Numbered from the stretch's first letter, positions 26,276-39,821 are shown. The stretch is DNA of 64,000 nt from Camelus dromedarius (GCF_036321535.1 NC_087440.1:73284001-73348000); one strand, 5' to 3'. A program made the numbers and translations. Notes: generated by a model from the letters alone, not told the origin.

Positions 26276-27641
26276 CCAAGTTTGGGGAGGCATTTCTTGC
26301 ATCCTGTGAGCAACTCTGTGCAGTTGTGTAAGCACCAGTTGAGTTTGGCGACTCTGAGAAACTGTATAAACCACAGGCAAAGCAGTTAACTCTGACGTTG
26401 CAAAGCCTACTGCATGTCGTGCAGAGGTTAGATAAATATCTGTCTCTGAGGGTATATATATGAGTGCATTCTTTTTTTAATTTTGCGTTGTTTTCAAAAC
26501 ATAATTGCACCTGAGGCTGGCGCGTGCTCACCCTGTATTTTGCACTCAGAGTACAGTGCCTGGTCTATTTTCTCCATGACTGGGCTTTTCTTCAGAACTG
26601 ACGAGTCATATATCATTCTGATTGATTCTTTCCTCTTTTTTCTCCCCCCTCTCAAATAAAGGAGAGGGGTGAGGTAGAGATTGTGGTAAGACAACATCAG
26701 GGCAACTCAGCCCACACACGCATTTATCAGGAGCCCCCCAAGTCTAGCGCAGTTGTCCTTTTCTTGTTCTGTTGCTCAGAGCTGGGATAGAGCAGGAGCA
26801 GGTGGAATGAGGTCAGGCAGCGGGTAAGGGAAGATAGATAAGCAGCCCACGCTTGGAGTGTCTTGGTCTCTGCTGGAGGGAAATGGTAAGAAGGGGGCAT
26901 AGCAGAGATGTGAAATGACCAGCCAGTGTCCTGAGCAGTGGGGAATAGCTAAGCTCTAAATTGCCTTCCAAAGCCAACATTGCTCCCAAAGTCTTGAATT
27001 TGCTTCACCTATGTCTTCTGTTTTAGCTTCCTTTATTCTTAATGCCAGTCACTCCAAAGGCAAAGACTCCAAATCTTAAGCATCCTTTTTTATTAAAAGC
27101 GGAAAGATGCATACTGAAGGGGTGTGTGTGTGAAATGCAGACTGAAGGGGGTATGTGTGTGTGTGTTTAAAAAATCCTTTGTAAGGATAAGTGGATTGCA
27201 GAAAGTGGATAGGATTATATCACAATGAAACACATACCATTTCTTCAGAAGACAGTCCCTCTGTTCTGCAAAATTTGACTCTCTTTTCAGATTTTATACA
27301 ACTCTGAATTCACGGATACAGTTCTAAGGGGATGGATCTTTAGAAAAAACAATCCTTCCAATATATGTGTATTCTTTACCTTTGAAGGAACATACGCTTA
27401 TTAATGTTTTAAGAGAATTCTGAGATTTTTTTTTTAAATGACAGTTAATACCCATTAGAAAGCTGTAGAAACCTACGCCTTAATGATCAGCTTCCTGTTG
27501 GACTACAACAAACCTCTGGCCATCAAATATTGAGGGGAAAAGTACTGGGCAGCAGAGAGGATTGGAGACATCGAGACAGTTAAAAATGAGGCTTTAAAAA
27601 AAAAATTCTGACCTACATATTTTGCTTTAAAAAGATGGTGG

Positions 27642-27644
<3 letters not shown>

Positions 27645-27690
<46 letters not shown>
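27645..27690. repeat. (GT)n microsatellite
   Basis: About 23 uninterrupted GT units. Confidence 0.97.
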
Positions 27691-27693
<3 letters not shown>

Positions 27694-28167
27694 TGTGTAT
27701 GAAATGGGAAGAAATACCAATGCATCAAAATGGACAGGTCATTTTGTTGAATGTAACCAAACTCCTGAGCATTGGGAGATTAGGAGCGGTCATAATTTCC
27801 GGCTGCCGTGCTTTATGCTAATGTGGCCATCCTCTGTCATGTGCTTCTGCTGAGACAGCCACTTCACTCCTACTTAATTTTCCCTCTAATGGTAGTGGTA
27901 GAGGCCTGGGTATCTACAGTCAGCTTTTACCAATTTAACTGGCTGCCACCACAGGCCATTATAAATTATTATTCTTATTTAGCACTTGAATCTACAATTT
28001 ATTTCTTTCCTTCATGCTCTGTAAAATATAGTTTTAGACTTAGGTCTAAGTTAGCTATGATTCTTTGTCCTTATAAATCCATATCTGTCATTAGCTATAA
28101 GCTAAACTTTTGGGATGCTAAACGTCTGTAATTCCCACAAGACAGACTGGTAATTTATCAAAGAGTT

Positions 28168-28260
28168 TCATTCATTTATGCATGCATGTGATATTTACTG
28201 AACACTTGCTTTATACTAGGCAATGTTTCAGGCATTGGAGATAAAACAGTGAACAATATG
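28168..28260 (-). mobile_element. L2 3' end
   Basis: TTCATTTATGCATG...ATATTTACTGAACACTTGC...GGCATTGGAGATAAAACAGTGAACAA. Confidence 0.75.
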
Positions 28261-28869
28261 TGTTAGTGGGGAGAGATATGACCAGGAATGTCTAGAAAAC
28301 ACTAGTCAGATTTGAGGAAAAATGCTTCTCAGTGTGGATAGTCTCAACAGTTTTTCCTCCTCAGTTATCTTCACAGCTCCATGGGAAATTTCTGCAAAGT
28401 CATATTTTCATTATTTTTGGTCTTCTCTCTGGGCTTCCAAAGAATTATTTTTGCCTTTAGTGGGGTTGATATATTAGTACTTCCTAATATCCTAGGGAAA
28501 ATATTTCCTGTTTCTTACCAATGATTATTTTGGACTGTGGAAATGATCACTGGAAACCTATATGTGAAAATTTTGTTGTAAGAATTCATATGCATCTGGA
28601 CAAGCAAAGGGTTCTACCTGTTCTGGATTCTACATTCTAGCGATTTTTCACATTTTCTTACCACCTCTCCCAGTTGCACTATTCCCAGTTGGCTGACTGA
28701 TTTTCCCTTTCTCTGTTTCTTAAGTTCTCCCTCCCTCTCCCCCTCTCTCCCTCTGGCAACTCTGTGCTTCAATGTGCCGGCAGGAAAGAGCAATCGTAAA
28801 CTGTGTCATAGTTTAGCATACAGGGAATGATTTTCCTTTTATCCTCTTGGGTTCCACTGCTAATAATGA

Positions 28870-28935
28870 TGTGACTTCAGATACTTGTTAACTCCTCTGA
28901 GCAGCACTTCCTTACCTGTAGAATTATGTAATACT
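28870..28935 (+). mobile_element. MIR core fragment
   Basis: GTGACTTCAGATACTTGTTAACTCCTCTGAGC...CCTTACCTGTAGAAT. Confidence 0.5.
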
Positions 28936-31179
28936 TCCTGTAAGGACTGAGATACTATGTGAAAAAAAAAAAAAAATACCAGCACCATAGCATCCTCCTT
29001 GCCCATCCTTGGTTCTCACCAGTCTTCTCTGTGGCTCAGTGCCTGGCTCCCTCCTGCCTGCTCCAGACCCCTGATGCGGTCTTTCCACTGCTCCCGCCTA
29101 CATCCTCCCCCTCCAGTAGATGTCCCTGCCCCTTTCTTGCTTGAGCCTATTACTCGGTGTTCTGTTTGGCTTCCCAGACCTGGTGTATCTAAATCCTCTC
29201 CAGGTAAATTTTGATCTCTTATATTGATCCCGTTCTGCTAGGGAGAAATCCGGTTTGATGGGAAGTCAGTGTGCTTCTGATACACAGTGATGAGAAGTTC
29301 AGCCTTCGAGCAGCCTTTAGATGTTCAGCCAAGGTGGGTCCCTGGTCAAAATGACCTTTTCCACCTTTTGCTGTGGTGCTTGGAATTTCTTCAGTATCAA
29401 CTTGGTTCTTTAAAGGTTTCTAGTTTTCTAGATTTTTCTTCTCAACATCAGATCCTCCTGGTTAGCACCAGAAATCATCATCCGTTGGTGCCTAAGATGG
29501 TCTAAATCAAGATCAACATCTTGCCAAAATGGAGCCTAGCCTGAGGTTGGCGTGCAAAGGAAACAAGAGAAGAGAAAGCATTAGGAGCAAATTTATTCTT
29601 GGAGCACAATTTTATCACGTTTGCTGTAACCCTAGGAGTTTTGCTGCTGGTAATATCTAAAAAAGCCCTGGTTCTATGTAGTTTAGTAAAAGGAGGAGAA
29701 ATAGTCACTTCCTGCCTCCTTACCAAAGATAGGCACGCTGACCAAATACCTTGGTGTGCATCGTGAAGCATCATTAGGTGAAAATTAGGGAGTGAATTTA
29801 CCTGGAGCTTCAGGAAAGGGTTTCTGACTCTGTAGGCTGAATCAGTGACTCTAGAAGGAAGCAGGAAAAGCATCACTGAATGAGTAATTTATGGCTGAAG
29901 TGAGTGAACCAGTACTCACTTCCTGACTAGAATTTGTGGCTCTGGTACATCTGTCCTTCCTCTTATTTTTATCTGTGTCCTTATTTTCCACATTGCATTC
30001 AAGAGCTGTGCCGGGAACGAATAACCTCCGTATCATTTATTTCACTATATCCCTCATCACTTTAGAAGGGGAAGTGTATATCTATTTTTCATGTGAATGC
30101 AGTGTCTTCCTGCTCCTCGGTGCAATAAATACCGTGGTGCTGAGACATAGGAGTCTCCCAGCCCGTGCTCCGTGTCAGAGATGCTGTACAGCATCCCAGG
30201 CTGGCTGCAAAGCCCGCCCTAAAAAATCAAATAGAGCAGACGCATGCGCGTTCTCAACAGGGGCTTGGCAAGTTGTTTGAGGTTATTTTACTCTCCTATC
30301 ATTGCCTCTCAGAAAGGGATCCCTCTGCAGTTGCTTGTTAATGCCTCATACTTTTGGGGAACTCTTCTGAACCACTATCTGAAACCCCCATTGCAGAGTA
30401 AAGTGGAATAATAAGCCCTCGGCCAAGTCGCCTGGGAAGAGGACGACCCACGATGCTCACTTTACATGCAATTTAATGTGCTTTACTGTTGCCGCATTAA
30501 TGCATCCCGGCCATCCTGCTCCGAGTGCGCCCTGTCTTATTTGATCTCAGATTTACCATGCAAGAACAATCTCAGTGAAGCTGATTTGTTTACTGAAAAC
30601 ATATCCGCCACCACCACCATTTTAAACTTCTACCCCAAACCCCTAGAAAGTACGTGCATTATTGTATATGCTTTAAAAAACGGTTTACTTTGCAGTTCCC
30701 TTTTGTTTGCAGCCTCCTTGCAATTTTGTCTCAAATTAGTAGATATATGCGTCATCTCTTGGCAATAAGGTGAGTATTTTTTTTCCTCACTGGGTAGTTC
30801 CCTAGGGAAGAAGCTCGTGGCGTCGCTCTGGCTCTCTGGGTGTGCTGCCTGTCTTCCCACACGTTCGCACCCCACCAACCTTTTCCTGCAATGTTGCCGA
30901 GTCTGGCTAATTTCGTCTGGCCTTTCTCTCATTTAAGTTACTTTTTTTTAACTCACATTAAGGATGTCTGGTGCTTAATGCTCACAAAGCTGTTGGGTTT
31001 AGGAGCTCTGAGAAATGCTCCCTATTGAGATTTCCGGATGCCACAGTGGGACCTTGGATAGAAAGCACATCAGCATCCTTTCGGCAGCAAGCAGTTGGGA
31101 GTCCTGACCACTTGTAAGGTGTGATGACTGTTGCCGCTCCAAATATCTTCACAATTTAGCATTCAGAGTCTGAAAGGGA

Positions 31180-31320
31180 AAACAGACTTTTCTCATGCAT
31201 CTCAGTTTTTATCAGAGAGGAAAACTTTTCCCCAAGTTCCACCCAGCCCCCAGCAGAGTCTCCCTAATGTCTGATTGGTCACAGCTGGGCCTATGGTGGT
31301 GCCTAATTCCTGAGCCAAAT
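31180..31320 (-). mobile_element. Old MaLR LTR fragment (MLT1J/K/L-like)
   Basis: ATCAGAGAGGAAAACTTTTCCCCAAG...CAGCAGAGTCTCCC...CTGATTGGTCACAGCTGGGCC. Confidence 0.45.
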
Positions 31321-34006
31321 CCAAATTCAGTTAGTTAGCAGGTAGAGGAGACAGATGTGGAGGAGGCAACCACATGACAGTGTTTGCCACAGGAGGACTT
31401 GTGAATGGGTTTCTTGGTATTTTGTTTGCCATTGGCAAGGGTCTAAGCAGAGTTTTCTATCTCATTTGAGATATTTTCAAGTACTAAGTTATTTGTTGGA
31501 ATTTGTTAGATTTCATCCTGGATCCCAATTCTTTGAATGCAGAGGGAAAGGCACGAGAGAATGTAGGGGTTCTGGGGGGAAGCATAAGCAAAGGGGTGTC
31601 CAAAAAGAGTCCCCTCTACGTAGAGTGGCAATATAATTTATAATTTAAATCAGAACAGTTTTGGGAGTCAAAGCGGGTACCATGAATAATTCTACCAGGT
31701 CAACAGGTATAAATCATCCTAGGCAAACTACAATGTATGTTCAAGCCAGGAGTATATGAGAGAGCCTGTTTTTTAAATGTTAGGGAAAAGCTAAGGTTCA
31801 TTTTTTAAAGTCTTCTGAGGTAGAGAAAATGCCACATTTATTTAAAATCATAGGATATTCCAAATATATATGCAAACTTTATGTTCACTTTTGTTTAAAT
31901 CCTAAATCTTATGAGATTTTAGAAAGTAAAATTATTATAAAAGGTACAATTACTTTCTTTGCCCCTCAGAACTTGTAGATCTTCTAGGATGAATTTGAGG
32001 AAGAAAATAGCATATATAAAATCAAAATGTTTTATATTGGTTTCTGTTTGCTGGAAAGCTATAAATGTTTATCTTTCATTGTATCCCATGTCAGTGCCAA
32101 GTGTTTCTCTAATGTCTTTTAACCTGCCAAGGCATAGATCTCACTGATATTTTTGATCTTGACTGCTGATGGAAGCCTGAAAAACAGCTTTGTGCAAGGG
32201 AATAACCAAAACGGAGGAAGAATAATCTCTTATAGACAAATGTGTTCAAGCATGAATGAAACACGTGAGTGATCTTGCTAAGGGAAGGGAAGAAACAGTG
32301 GCTTTGCCCTCTAAGAAGACGTTCCAGGGTGCCTTCTTTCCCGTATGTAGTTTAGTTTTGCATTTTGCTCCTGTGCACACAGAATGTTCTCTGTCCATCA
32401 GTCACAATAAAGGAGAGCCTTTTCATCGAAACAGGCCACTGAACCTGTTTCAAGGGACTGCAGCCGACGGTCTGTGTATCTGAAAGAGTGAGAGGTGCAC
32501 GAAGAAACCTCACTGTTCATCTGGGGAAGGTACTTTCAAAATTGAACGTTGATATTGAGAAAGTGAGAGCAGTTTTTCTGATAGCCCCAAATCATCCCTC
32601 TCTTCCACTCTGTTTCAGCTAAATACGAATGTAAAACTTTTATGAATAGTAAAGAGACTTGTACTTCCCTACGTTTGCAATCTTTAGTCTTTCTTTCAGG
32701 CTTCTTAAGAATAGAATCTAGTTTCTTGCTTTCCCTTATTGATCCAACGTGCCCTTTATTAAATAATGTAAGAAATTGTGATTAGCATTGAGATGTTGCT
32801 TAGATTTCTCGTTTATGTGATTAGGTCTTGGATCTTAGAGATGAGTAGTTTAAAATTAGCAGCTTTTTATCAAGAATATAACAGAAACCTCATATTTCTG
32901 GGGAAAAAAATAAAACTTCTGTTGCTTTGGAAAGGGACTGTTTCTTGGTCTGCAAAGCTGCTCATCTGTGGGTTACACTCAGTCTGGGCTACCAGAAAGA
33001 ACAGGTCACCCCATGGGCCTTGATGACAGTATTGTTATTTAGATGGAAAACAAGGCATGAAACACCCTGTCAGAGGACTCAGCACCCAAAATGGGGACAA
33101 GAAACCCCTCACCTTTGGGTGTAATCGAAGGTCACTGTGTTAAATCTTGTCACGTTCCAGTATCTGGGCTTGTAACCTACAGGTTGTGTGCTGCTTCCAG
33201 GGGAGCTTTCTGTTTGGTCCAAAACTGCAGAGAACGAGGTGGATCTGGTGGATTCACGTGAAGTTTGAAACATCAGCTCTGCTGCTAAAATACCCCAGCA
33301 GCCCATGATTAACAATCTCTCTGATCTTTACATTTGTTTCCTAAGGGGTGGGTAGGAAAGTAGGTACAGAGCACACTTACTGCTCAGGTAGAAGATAACA
33401 GATGGCCACTCGCTAAAATCCAGATACCGGGAGAGCTGGTGTTTCCTCTGTCTTACTCTTGACATACGGCCAACAGCCCAGTCAGCAGCCAGCTAGCATA
33501 GCGGGCGAGAGACTCAGAGGCGGCGTTTCCAGTGGCCTCACTCCCTGTAGTGAGTACCACGCATCGTACTTGTGGAGTGAGATAGATTGAAGTTTAGCTG
33601 CACCCTTTATATATAAGAGTGACTACTTGACTACTTCTCTTTATTTCTCCAGTCCGACTTTAAATCATCCCAGAGTTCCCCACCTTCTGGACTGGCAGGA
33701 AGTTCAAAGACTTGCTTTTCTTATAACAGGTTATCCATGATTCTCTAGCTAGTGACGACAGAAGAGCTCAAGGAAGAGATTAGTTGCTGTTTGGCAGTGG
33801 GGTCATCTTTATTTTAATTCTTTTGCCTTTGGATGCTTTTGGCTGTGCTCTCTGTCTCAGACACCATCATTCCACCTGTGTGCAGTGATGCCTGATCAGT
33901 GGTAGTGTTCCCACTGACCTCTAGCCAGCTTCTAGTAAACATCTATTCTGAGTGTTTCACAGAAGCAGAGTGCTGGTCTCTTACTTTGATCCCAGTCTTG
34001 GGTCTG

Positions 34007-34263
34007 GGTCATACTGGAAGAGGGTGGGTCCCTAATCCAATATGGCTGGTGTCCTTATAGGAAGAGGAGAAGGGACACAGAGGCAGACAGACACAGGAAA
34101 GAGAGAGTGCCATGAGAAGACACACCAGGAAAAACACCGTGTGACCATTGAGGCAGAGATTGGATTGTTATGTCTACAAACCAAGGATTGCCAGCAACAC
34201 CAGGAGCTGGGAGAGAGGCAGGGGACAGACTGCCCTAGAGCTTTCAGAGAGAACATGGCCCTG
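34007..34263 (+). mobile_element. MaLR LTR fragment (MLT1B/C-like)
   Basis: GGTCATACTGG...CCTAATCCAATATGGCTGGTGTCCTTATAGGAAGAGGA and GAGGCAGAGATTGG...CCAAGGATTGCCAGCAACACCAGGAGCTGGGAGAGAGGCA. Confidence 0.85.
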
Positions 34264-34329
34264 GTGCAGATCCCTATGTTCCTGTGCACATACGCACCAG
34301 CACGCTCACAATACACGTGCATACCTTTA

Positions 34330-34640
34330 ACCTACTCGGTTCCAACTCATCCCACAAATGCTCAGCTGAAACATCTTTCTTATCAGGGAAACATCTTTTT
34401 ATCCATGACCTCACACTGAAACAGGCTTCCTTTCTCTTTTGTGCCATAACACTCATTGAGTTGTGTTGAGTAATTTATATTTTAATGTTTTATTCCCTGT
34501 TAGAATGGGACTTCCATGTCAGCAGCAACTCTACATGTTTCTCTAGCCTCTAAGCACAGTACCTAGTGTGAGTGGGCAATACAGTTTATAGACCACGGGC
34601 ATACATCAGTGAATGGACGGATGGATGGGTGGATAAATGA
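34330..34640 (+). mobile_element. L2 3' end
   Basis: TAGAATGGGACTTCCATG...GCACAGTACCTAG ending in a TGGA/TGAA-like tail. Confidence 0.6.
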
Positions 34641-36297
34641 GGCTATGAGTGTAAATGACATGTGTAGGTGAACATGTAGGGAAAATAGGCAGGACTCACA
34701 GTCCTCTCCCCACTCCACAGTGAACTTGCAACCTATGTAACTCCCTTCTCTAATAAGAATTACTGCTTTGGTGAACTTTGAAGTCTTTTCTTTCAAACGT
34801 CTTGACCTCTAAATAGATGCACTTTTCCATTTATGTTCTGGGTCCCGTTGTATGGAAAATACAAGAGGAAAACTAAGCAGTCCTTTCTGTTAGTGTCTGA
34901 ACTATCTCATTCGTTGACACCAGTGTTGGAGTTACCAGCTTCTCATTAAGACTTCTCATTAGATGGTATTTTCCCTTTTTTCTGTTGGCATAGAGCTCAG
35001 AACATTTAATTTATTATCACTTTCCTGTTTATCACTTAAAGGAAATTCACCTTCTCTCTAGTTATCACATCCACATTTTTCTAGTTGTTGTAAAATCTTT
35101 AATCTTACGATACGGCTTTATTTTTTCTGAGGTAAACCTTCAGCGGTTGCTTCATCCAGCATTTCAAAGCCGTGTTTTAGTGAAATGAGGGATCCTTTCA
35201 TTAAGATACCATTTTTCCAGCACTCATTCTTTGCATGGGACACCTCAGCAGTTCTCATGGTGTTTCATGGCTAGCTCCAGTTGCTCACTGAGACCAAAAT
35301 AGTGCTTTAATTCTTGTTTAAGTAATACTGTTTTGCCTGTGACCATAGGGTCCTTTTGCTTCATCCCAGGCAGCCACTTCTCAGTTATGTGCTTTTAATT
35401 GTAAGGAAAACTGGCTGAAATGAGCGGCATGATCTTGGCACAGATGTACCACCACCACCACCGCAAAAAAAAAAAAAAATTATCCGCAGTCTGATCCGTA
35501 GCATCACTTTCACTTATGAACATCATTTTAAGTCTTACGCACAAATATTATCTGTACAGACCATCTCCAGGCAAAGAAGGAACTTGTTCCATCACAGATG
35601 GGCTGACAACCTTTCCATAAAAACATCCTACAGGGAGGATTTTCTAAAAATGTTCTATATTTCTATTTTCTAAAAAGAGAATAGGATTTTTCAAAGACTT
35701 TCTGTAATTGTTCTCTTTATTTTGCATGTGATATCTATTAAAGAAAGTGCATGGAAGCAGCATGCATCGCTGAAGTGAGAACGGCCTTCAGAAAAGTCTC
35801 CCAGTGCACATCAGTGCATTTCTCTTGCTGGGGCCGCGGAACAGTCATCCGTTCCATTATCCTGGCTTCTCTGAATTCCACGCAATTGCTAAAGTTGTTT
35901 GAGAACGGACTTCTTTAGTTTCCATCCTCTTTCCCAAGTTTTCCCATGCCTCTCACACTACCAGATTCTTACCCAGGCACAAGCAGAGATGGGCCAACTA
36001 AACATTCTCTCAATGAAGAGAAATTAGAGAGAAAAAGAAGATTGTGAAAGGGCTAAAACTGCTTAAGGAGTTAACAGATAAAGCTGCACCAGAGAAACAA
36101 TGGAGGAACGTAAGTTCCCAATTATAATTGGAACCCGAAGAAATAGCAAAGGCCAGGAGTCAGGTCCACAGTGGGGAGGATGAGGAATTTAAAATAGACG
36201 CTCTCCTCCTGGTGGTAACATGTGTGCTTCTTTCTTTGCTCTAGCTTTTTTCCCTTCCTCTATTACTATTTTTTCCCTGCCTTTCCTCTTTCTAGCC

Positions 36298-36395
36298 TAG
36301 TGGATTTTAAGCCCCCTGAAGACAGGCATAAGTTCTGTCTTGATCACCCCTATATGCCCAATAAATAGCACATAGTAGGTACTAAACACATATGT
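36298..36395 (+). mobile_element. L2 3' end
   Basis: TTTAAGCCCCCTGAAGACAGG...GCACATAGTAGGTACTAAACACATATGT. Confidence 0.7.
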
Positions 36396-37680
36396 AGCAA
36401 CTCTTTGTATAGTTTTTATCATTTTGAATTAGCTTCTCCATTTTCTGACCTCTAACCTCTTTCTTCCCCTTCGATATGGCACCATAGACCTTCTTTTTCT
36501 GTGTCCTCGAGGTAAATTTCAGGTCTGTCATCTCTATATGGGCATCAGAGAATGATATGATGTCATAGTTCATAATCGTCCAACACAATGGCCCTGGGCA
36601 AGTGCGCATAGTGGGGTGAAGAGAAAGGAATTGGGTTAAAACCTAGCTTAGGAGTTGGAGCCTTTTTGGTGAGTATAGATAGTGCCTTGGGAATATTTCT
36701 TCCTTTAAATGGAATGAGGGAGAATAAGCCAGAAGAACTGCTGATATCCAAGCCCAGAGTTTTCAAATGTGTTTTCTCTTCTTTGATTCCCAGAGGACAA
36801 TACCAGATAGGAGGTTTGCATTTTAAGAAAGGAAAAAGTTAAGCATATAAGAAAAAAGCAAAGCATAACCAAAACACATGAGCAAAAAGGAGAAAAATCT
36901 AACTAATAAAAAAGCACATTTTCATTTGATCTTGTCACATGATTTCTTTACCCTCCTTGCCTCGGAGCACATCCAGTCATTTAAACAAAAAAAACTTTAA
37001 CGTATTTAATAGTTTTATAAAATTTCCATTAAACTTGGGAGTGTCATATGGAACTTACCTTAATTGAGCATATACAGTAATTTACCTTAAAGAACAGGTT
37101 TAAAAATAAGAACAGTTGAAAGGCTTATAAAATTCACCGAACAGAATCTCTTTAAGCACAATATCCAGGGGATTCAAGAGAAGGTATATAGACATGAGTC
37201 CTTATCAGTGAATAAAACTGGTTAATGCAGTGTATTTTTATATCTATTCCCAAATAAAAATGGGTCTTAAAGTCTAAGACTTAAATATTTATCTTATGAT
37301 AAAAAACTATAGATGGATAGGTAGATAGGTCGAGACAGAAACAGTTTTTAGTGAGAGAGAGAGATATATGCATACATACGGACATGAGAGCTTCCTATGC
37401 AGGTACAGGAAATGAAATATAAACATACTAACTGATGAGTAAAGAAGGAGAATGCTGAGCCATGTAGCTCATGACTGACTCTGCTACTAGTAGCTTATGT
37501 TAGCCTTCTGACTTGAGTTAACTGGTCTCCTCAGCTAATAGACACTGTAAAGATCATTTAACACAACTATCTTATTTTACTGATGAGGGCATGAAGGGTC
37601 TTAGTGAGCAGAGAGGAGTACGCCCACTTCCTAACGCCCGTGTGAAGGTCATTCCCAAGGCCAGGAAGCCAAGGGAGGGA

Positions 37681-38530
37681 ATTCATTCATCCTTTCAACT
37701 CATATTTGTTCATCTACCAGGGTTTTATTGAGGGGTTTGTTTTGGGACAGGCACTGTGCTAGGAGTGAACAACCAACAAAGTTCCTGACATCAAGGAGCT
37801 TAAATTCTAATGGCAGAGTCTGAAAATATACAAGTATACAGATTTGGAAAAAAAAAATTATGGACTGTTAACAGCAGTAGAGTGGAGACCCGCAGCGTGA
37901 TGTGACAGAGGATAGCTGGCTTGGAGGAAGACTCTGTAAGCGTCGTCTTCTCTAGGGGCGTTGAAAGTGAGCCAGGAAGGCTGAGGCACGGCCAACCTTG
38001 GGATAAGTACACGGGCTTTGAGGGCAGTTAGTGTAAAGTAAGGAGTAAAAGTAAGTAAAGAGTAAGGGGCCAATGGCTGGAGCATGGTGTGCAAGAAGGG
38101 TAAAAACCAAACTGACGGGACAGCTGGCCAGATTCTGCAGAGCATTGAAGGCCGTGGTGAGCAATGAAGATGCAATTCTAAAAGCAAGAGAGAACACTGG
38201 TGTGTTTTAACTGAGAGAATGACATAATCTGATTTATATTTTGAAGGCTGCTTTATGGAAAATGGATTGTAGGAGAGGGCCTGGAGAGAACGAGGGAAGA
38301 TTATTCAGGAAGCTTTTTAAGAGGGGGGGGGTGTGGAGAAGAGTGGATGTGTTGGAAGTATATTTTGGGGGTAGTCATAACAAAATCTGTTGATGGCTCA
38401 TGGATGTGGATGTAGAGGGGAGGATTAATGGCAAGGGAGAAATTGAGAGTGTCTGCTCTTCTTGACTTGACAGGCTGGGTGGGCTACAGTGGTGTTGACT
38501 GAAATGGGGAAGACTAGGGTAAAAACAGAA
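37681..38530 (-). mobile_element. L2 LINE (about 850 bp)
   Basis: ATTCATTCAT tail, GGCACTGTGCTAGG, CAAGGAGCTTAAATTCTAATGG, GACATAATCTGATTTATATTTT, GAAATGGGGAAGACT. Confidence 0.85.
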
Positions 38531-39776
38531 ATAAGTCTCATTAGGCTGGCGGTTATGTTTTATTTGACTTGGATTGTCTAATCCAAATCAAAAAAGATTA
38601 AGTCTCAACCTGGAGCCAAGTGTATTTTATTTTTGTCAGGACTAATATGAATGTGCCAGAGGAAACCATGAAATATGGATAATCTCTTCTCCCTATGCCA
38701 CAAAGAAAACAGTAATTAACTTTCATAGTGGTTGAAGGCCATCTTGGGGCTGGAATGTGGGTTGGTAGTATGTGTGCGTGCGGAAGTGACAGTGGGTGTG
38801 TGTCACTGTATTGTGCGTGTGTGCATGTGTGTGGTGATGTGTATGAGGGCAGAGTGTCACTGTGACCTTATTATAAAAGTGGATGATGCCCTTGGGTTAG
38901 GTGACAATTTGAGGTATTTGATGCTTGATCTTTAGAAAATCCTAATCGTTTTTTTTTTAAACCGTTTTCAAAAACAGTACTTTGTGTGAATATTCATAGA
39001 ATTACAGGCAGACCAATTCTCTTTTGCTTTGAATGAGAATAGTTATGCATTCATCATCAGTAAGTATCTTGGGACCTTCAGGAATATAGCCATCCTTGCT
39101 GGTCTCAGGTTTTGCTACCTGACAGATACAGTGAAGCATTCGATGGATCAGCCAGATAAGTAGGAGATCAAACTTTAAGGTTATGTAACAACTGTGAAGG
39201 GCATCGTTGCTTTTATAATCTGAAACGTTAGGAATATCTGTCTGAAACTTGAAATCAAAACTAGTAAATGGCGATCTTAAACTGTCCACACTCATGATAA
39301 TCACACTGCAACACAATATATATTTTGAATGGTACCAAAAGGGACAAAATTTCCCCTAAAATGAAACAGTTCTTTTCTTCTAGCTTAATACAGCACAATA
39401 ATGCACACATACTCTAAAATCACTTAAAGGAGGGGGTAAACTTTCTATTTTCTGTTTGGGGGAAGAAGGGGTAATTTATGGTGGAGGACAGAGGGAGGAG
39501 AAATGGGAGAATTAAATTCTTTACCTTTCTATGAGAGAACTGGGAGAAAACTTAGAGGGAACTCGTGTGGAGGCATCATTATTAGGGTAAATAAAAATTC
39601 TGAATCTCCAAGTTTTTGAGATTAGTGCAACTGAAGCACCATTATCTCCCCTGCAATCACTCTCAGAAATAAGCTGCTGGCCAGGGTGGGCGATAGGACG
39701 GTTTCTCTTCAGGTAGGACAACTTGTTTCAACGCCCAAAAACAGTATTCCTTTACATAATAGATACTCAGTGAATG

Positions 39777-39821
39777 TTTTTTTTTTTTTTTTTAACATTT
39801 TTTATTGATTTATAATCATTT
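39777..39821 (-). mobile_element. Extremely 5'-truncated L1 (poly-A plus about 28 nt of 3' UTR)
   Basis: T17 then AACATTTTTTATTGATTTATAATCATTT; TSD TCAGTGAAT(G/A)TT at 39767-39778 and 39822-39833, right copy followed by AA (TT/AA endonuclease-type site). Confidence 0.65.

Noticed and set aside
27106-27166. Roughly 27-nt imperfect tandem duplication (ATGCA.ACTGAAGGGG + GT run); similar micro-duplications at 42023-42054 and near 44031-44052
   Set aside because: Ordinary slippage products.
29502-29876. Minus-strand ORF containing LHDAHQGI, reminiscent of the gypsy integrase zinc-finger LHxGHxGI motif
   Set aside because: No following YWP or CxxC motif, no DDE core and no other pol motifs nearby; most likely chance.
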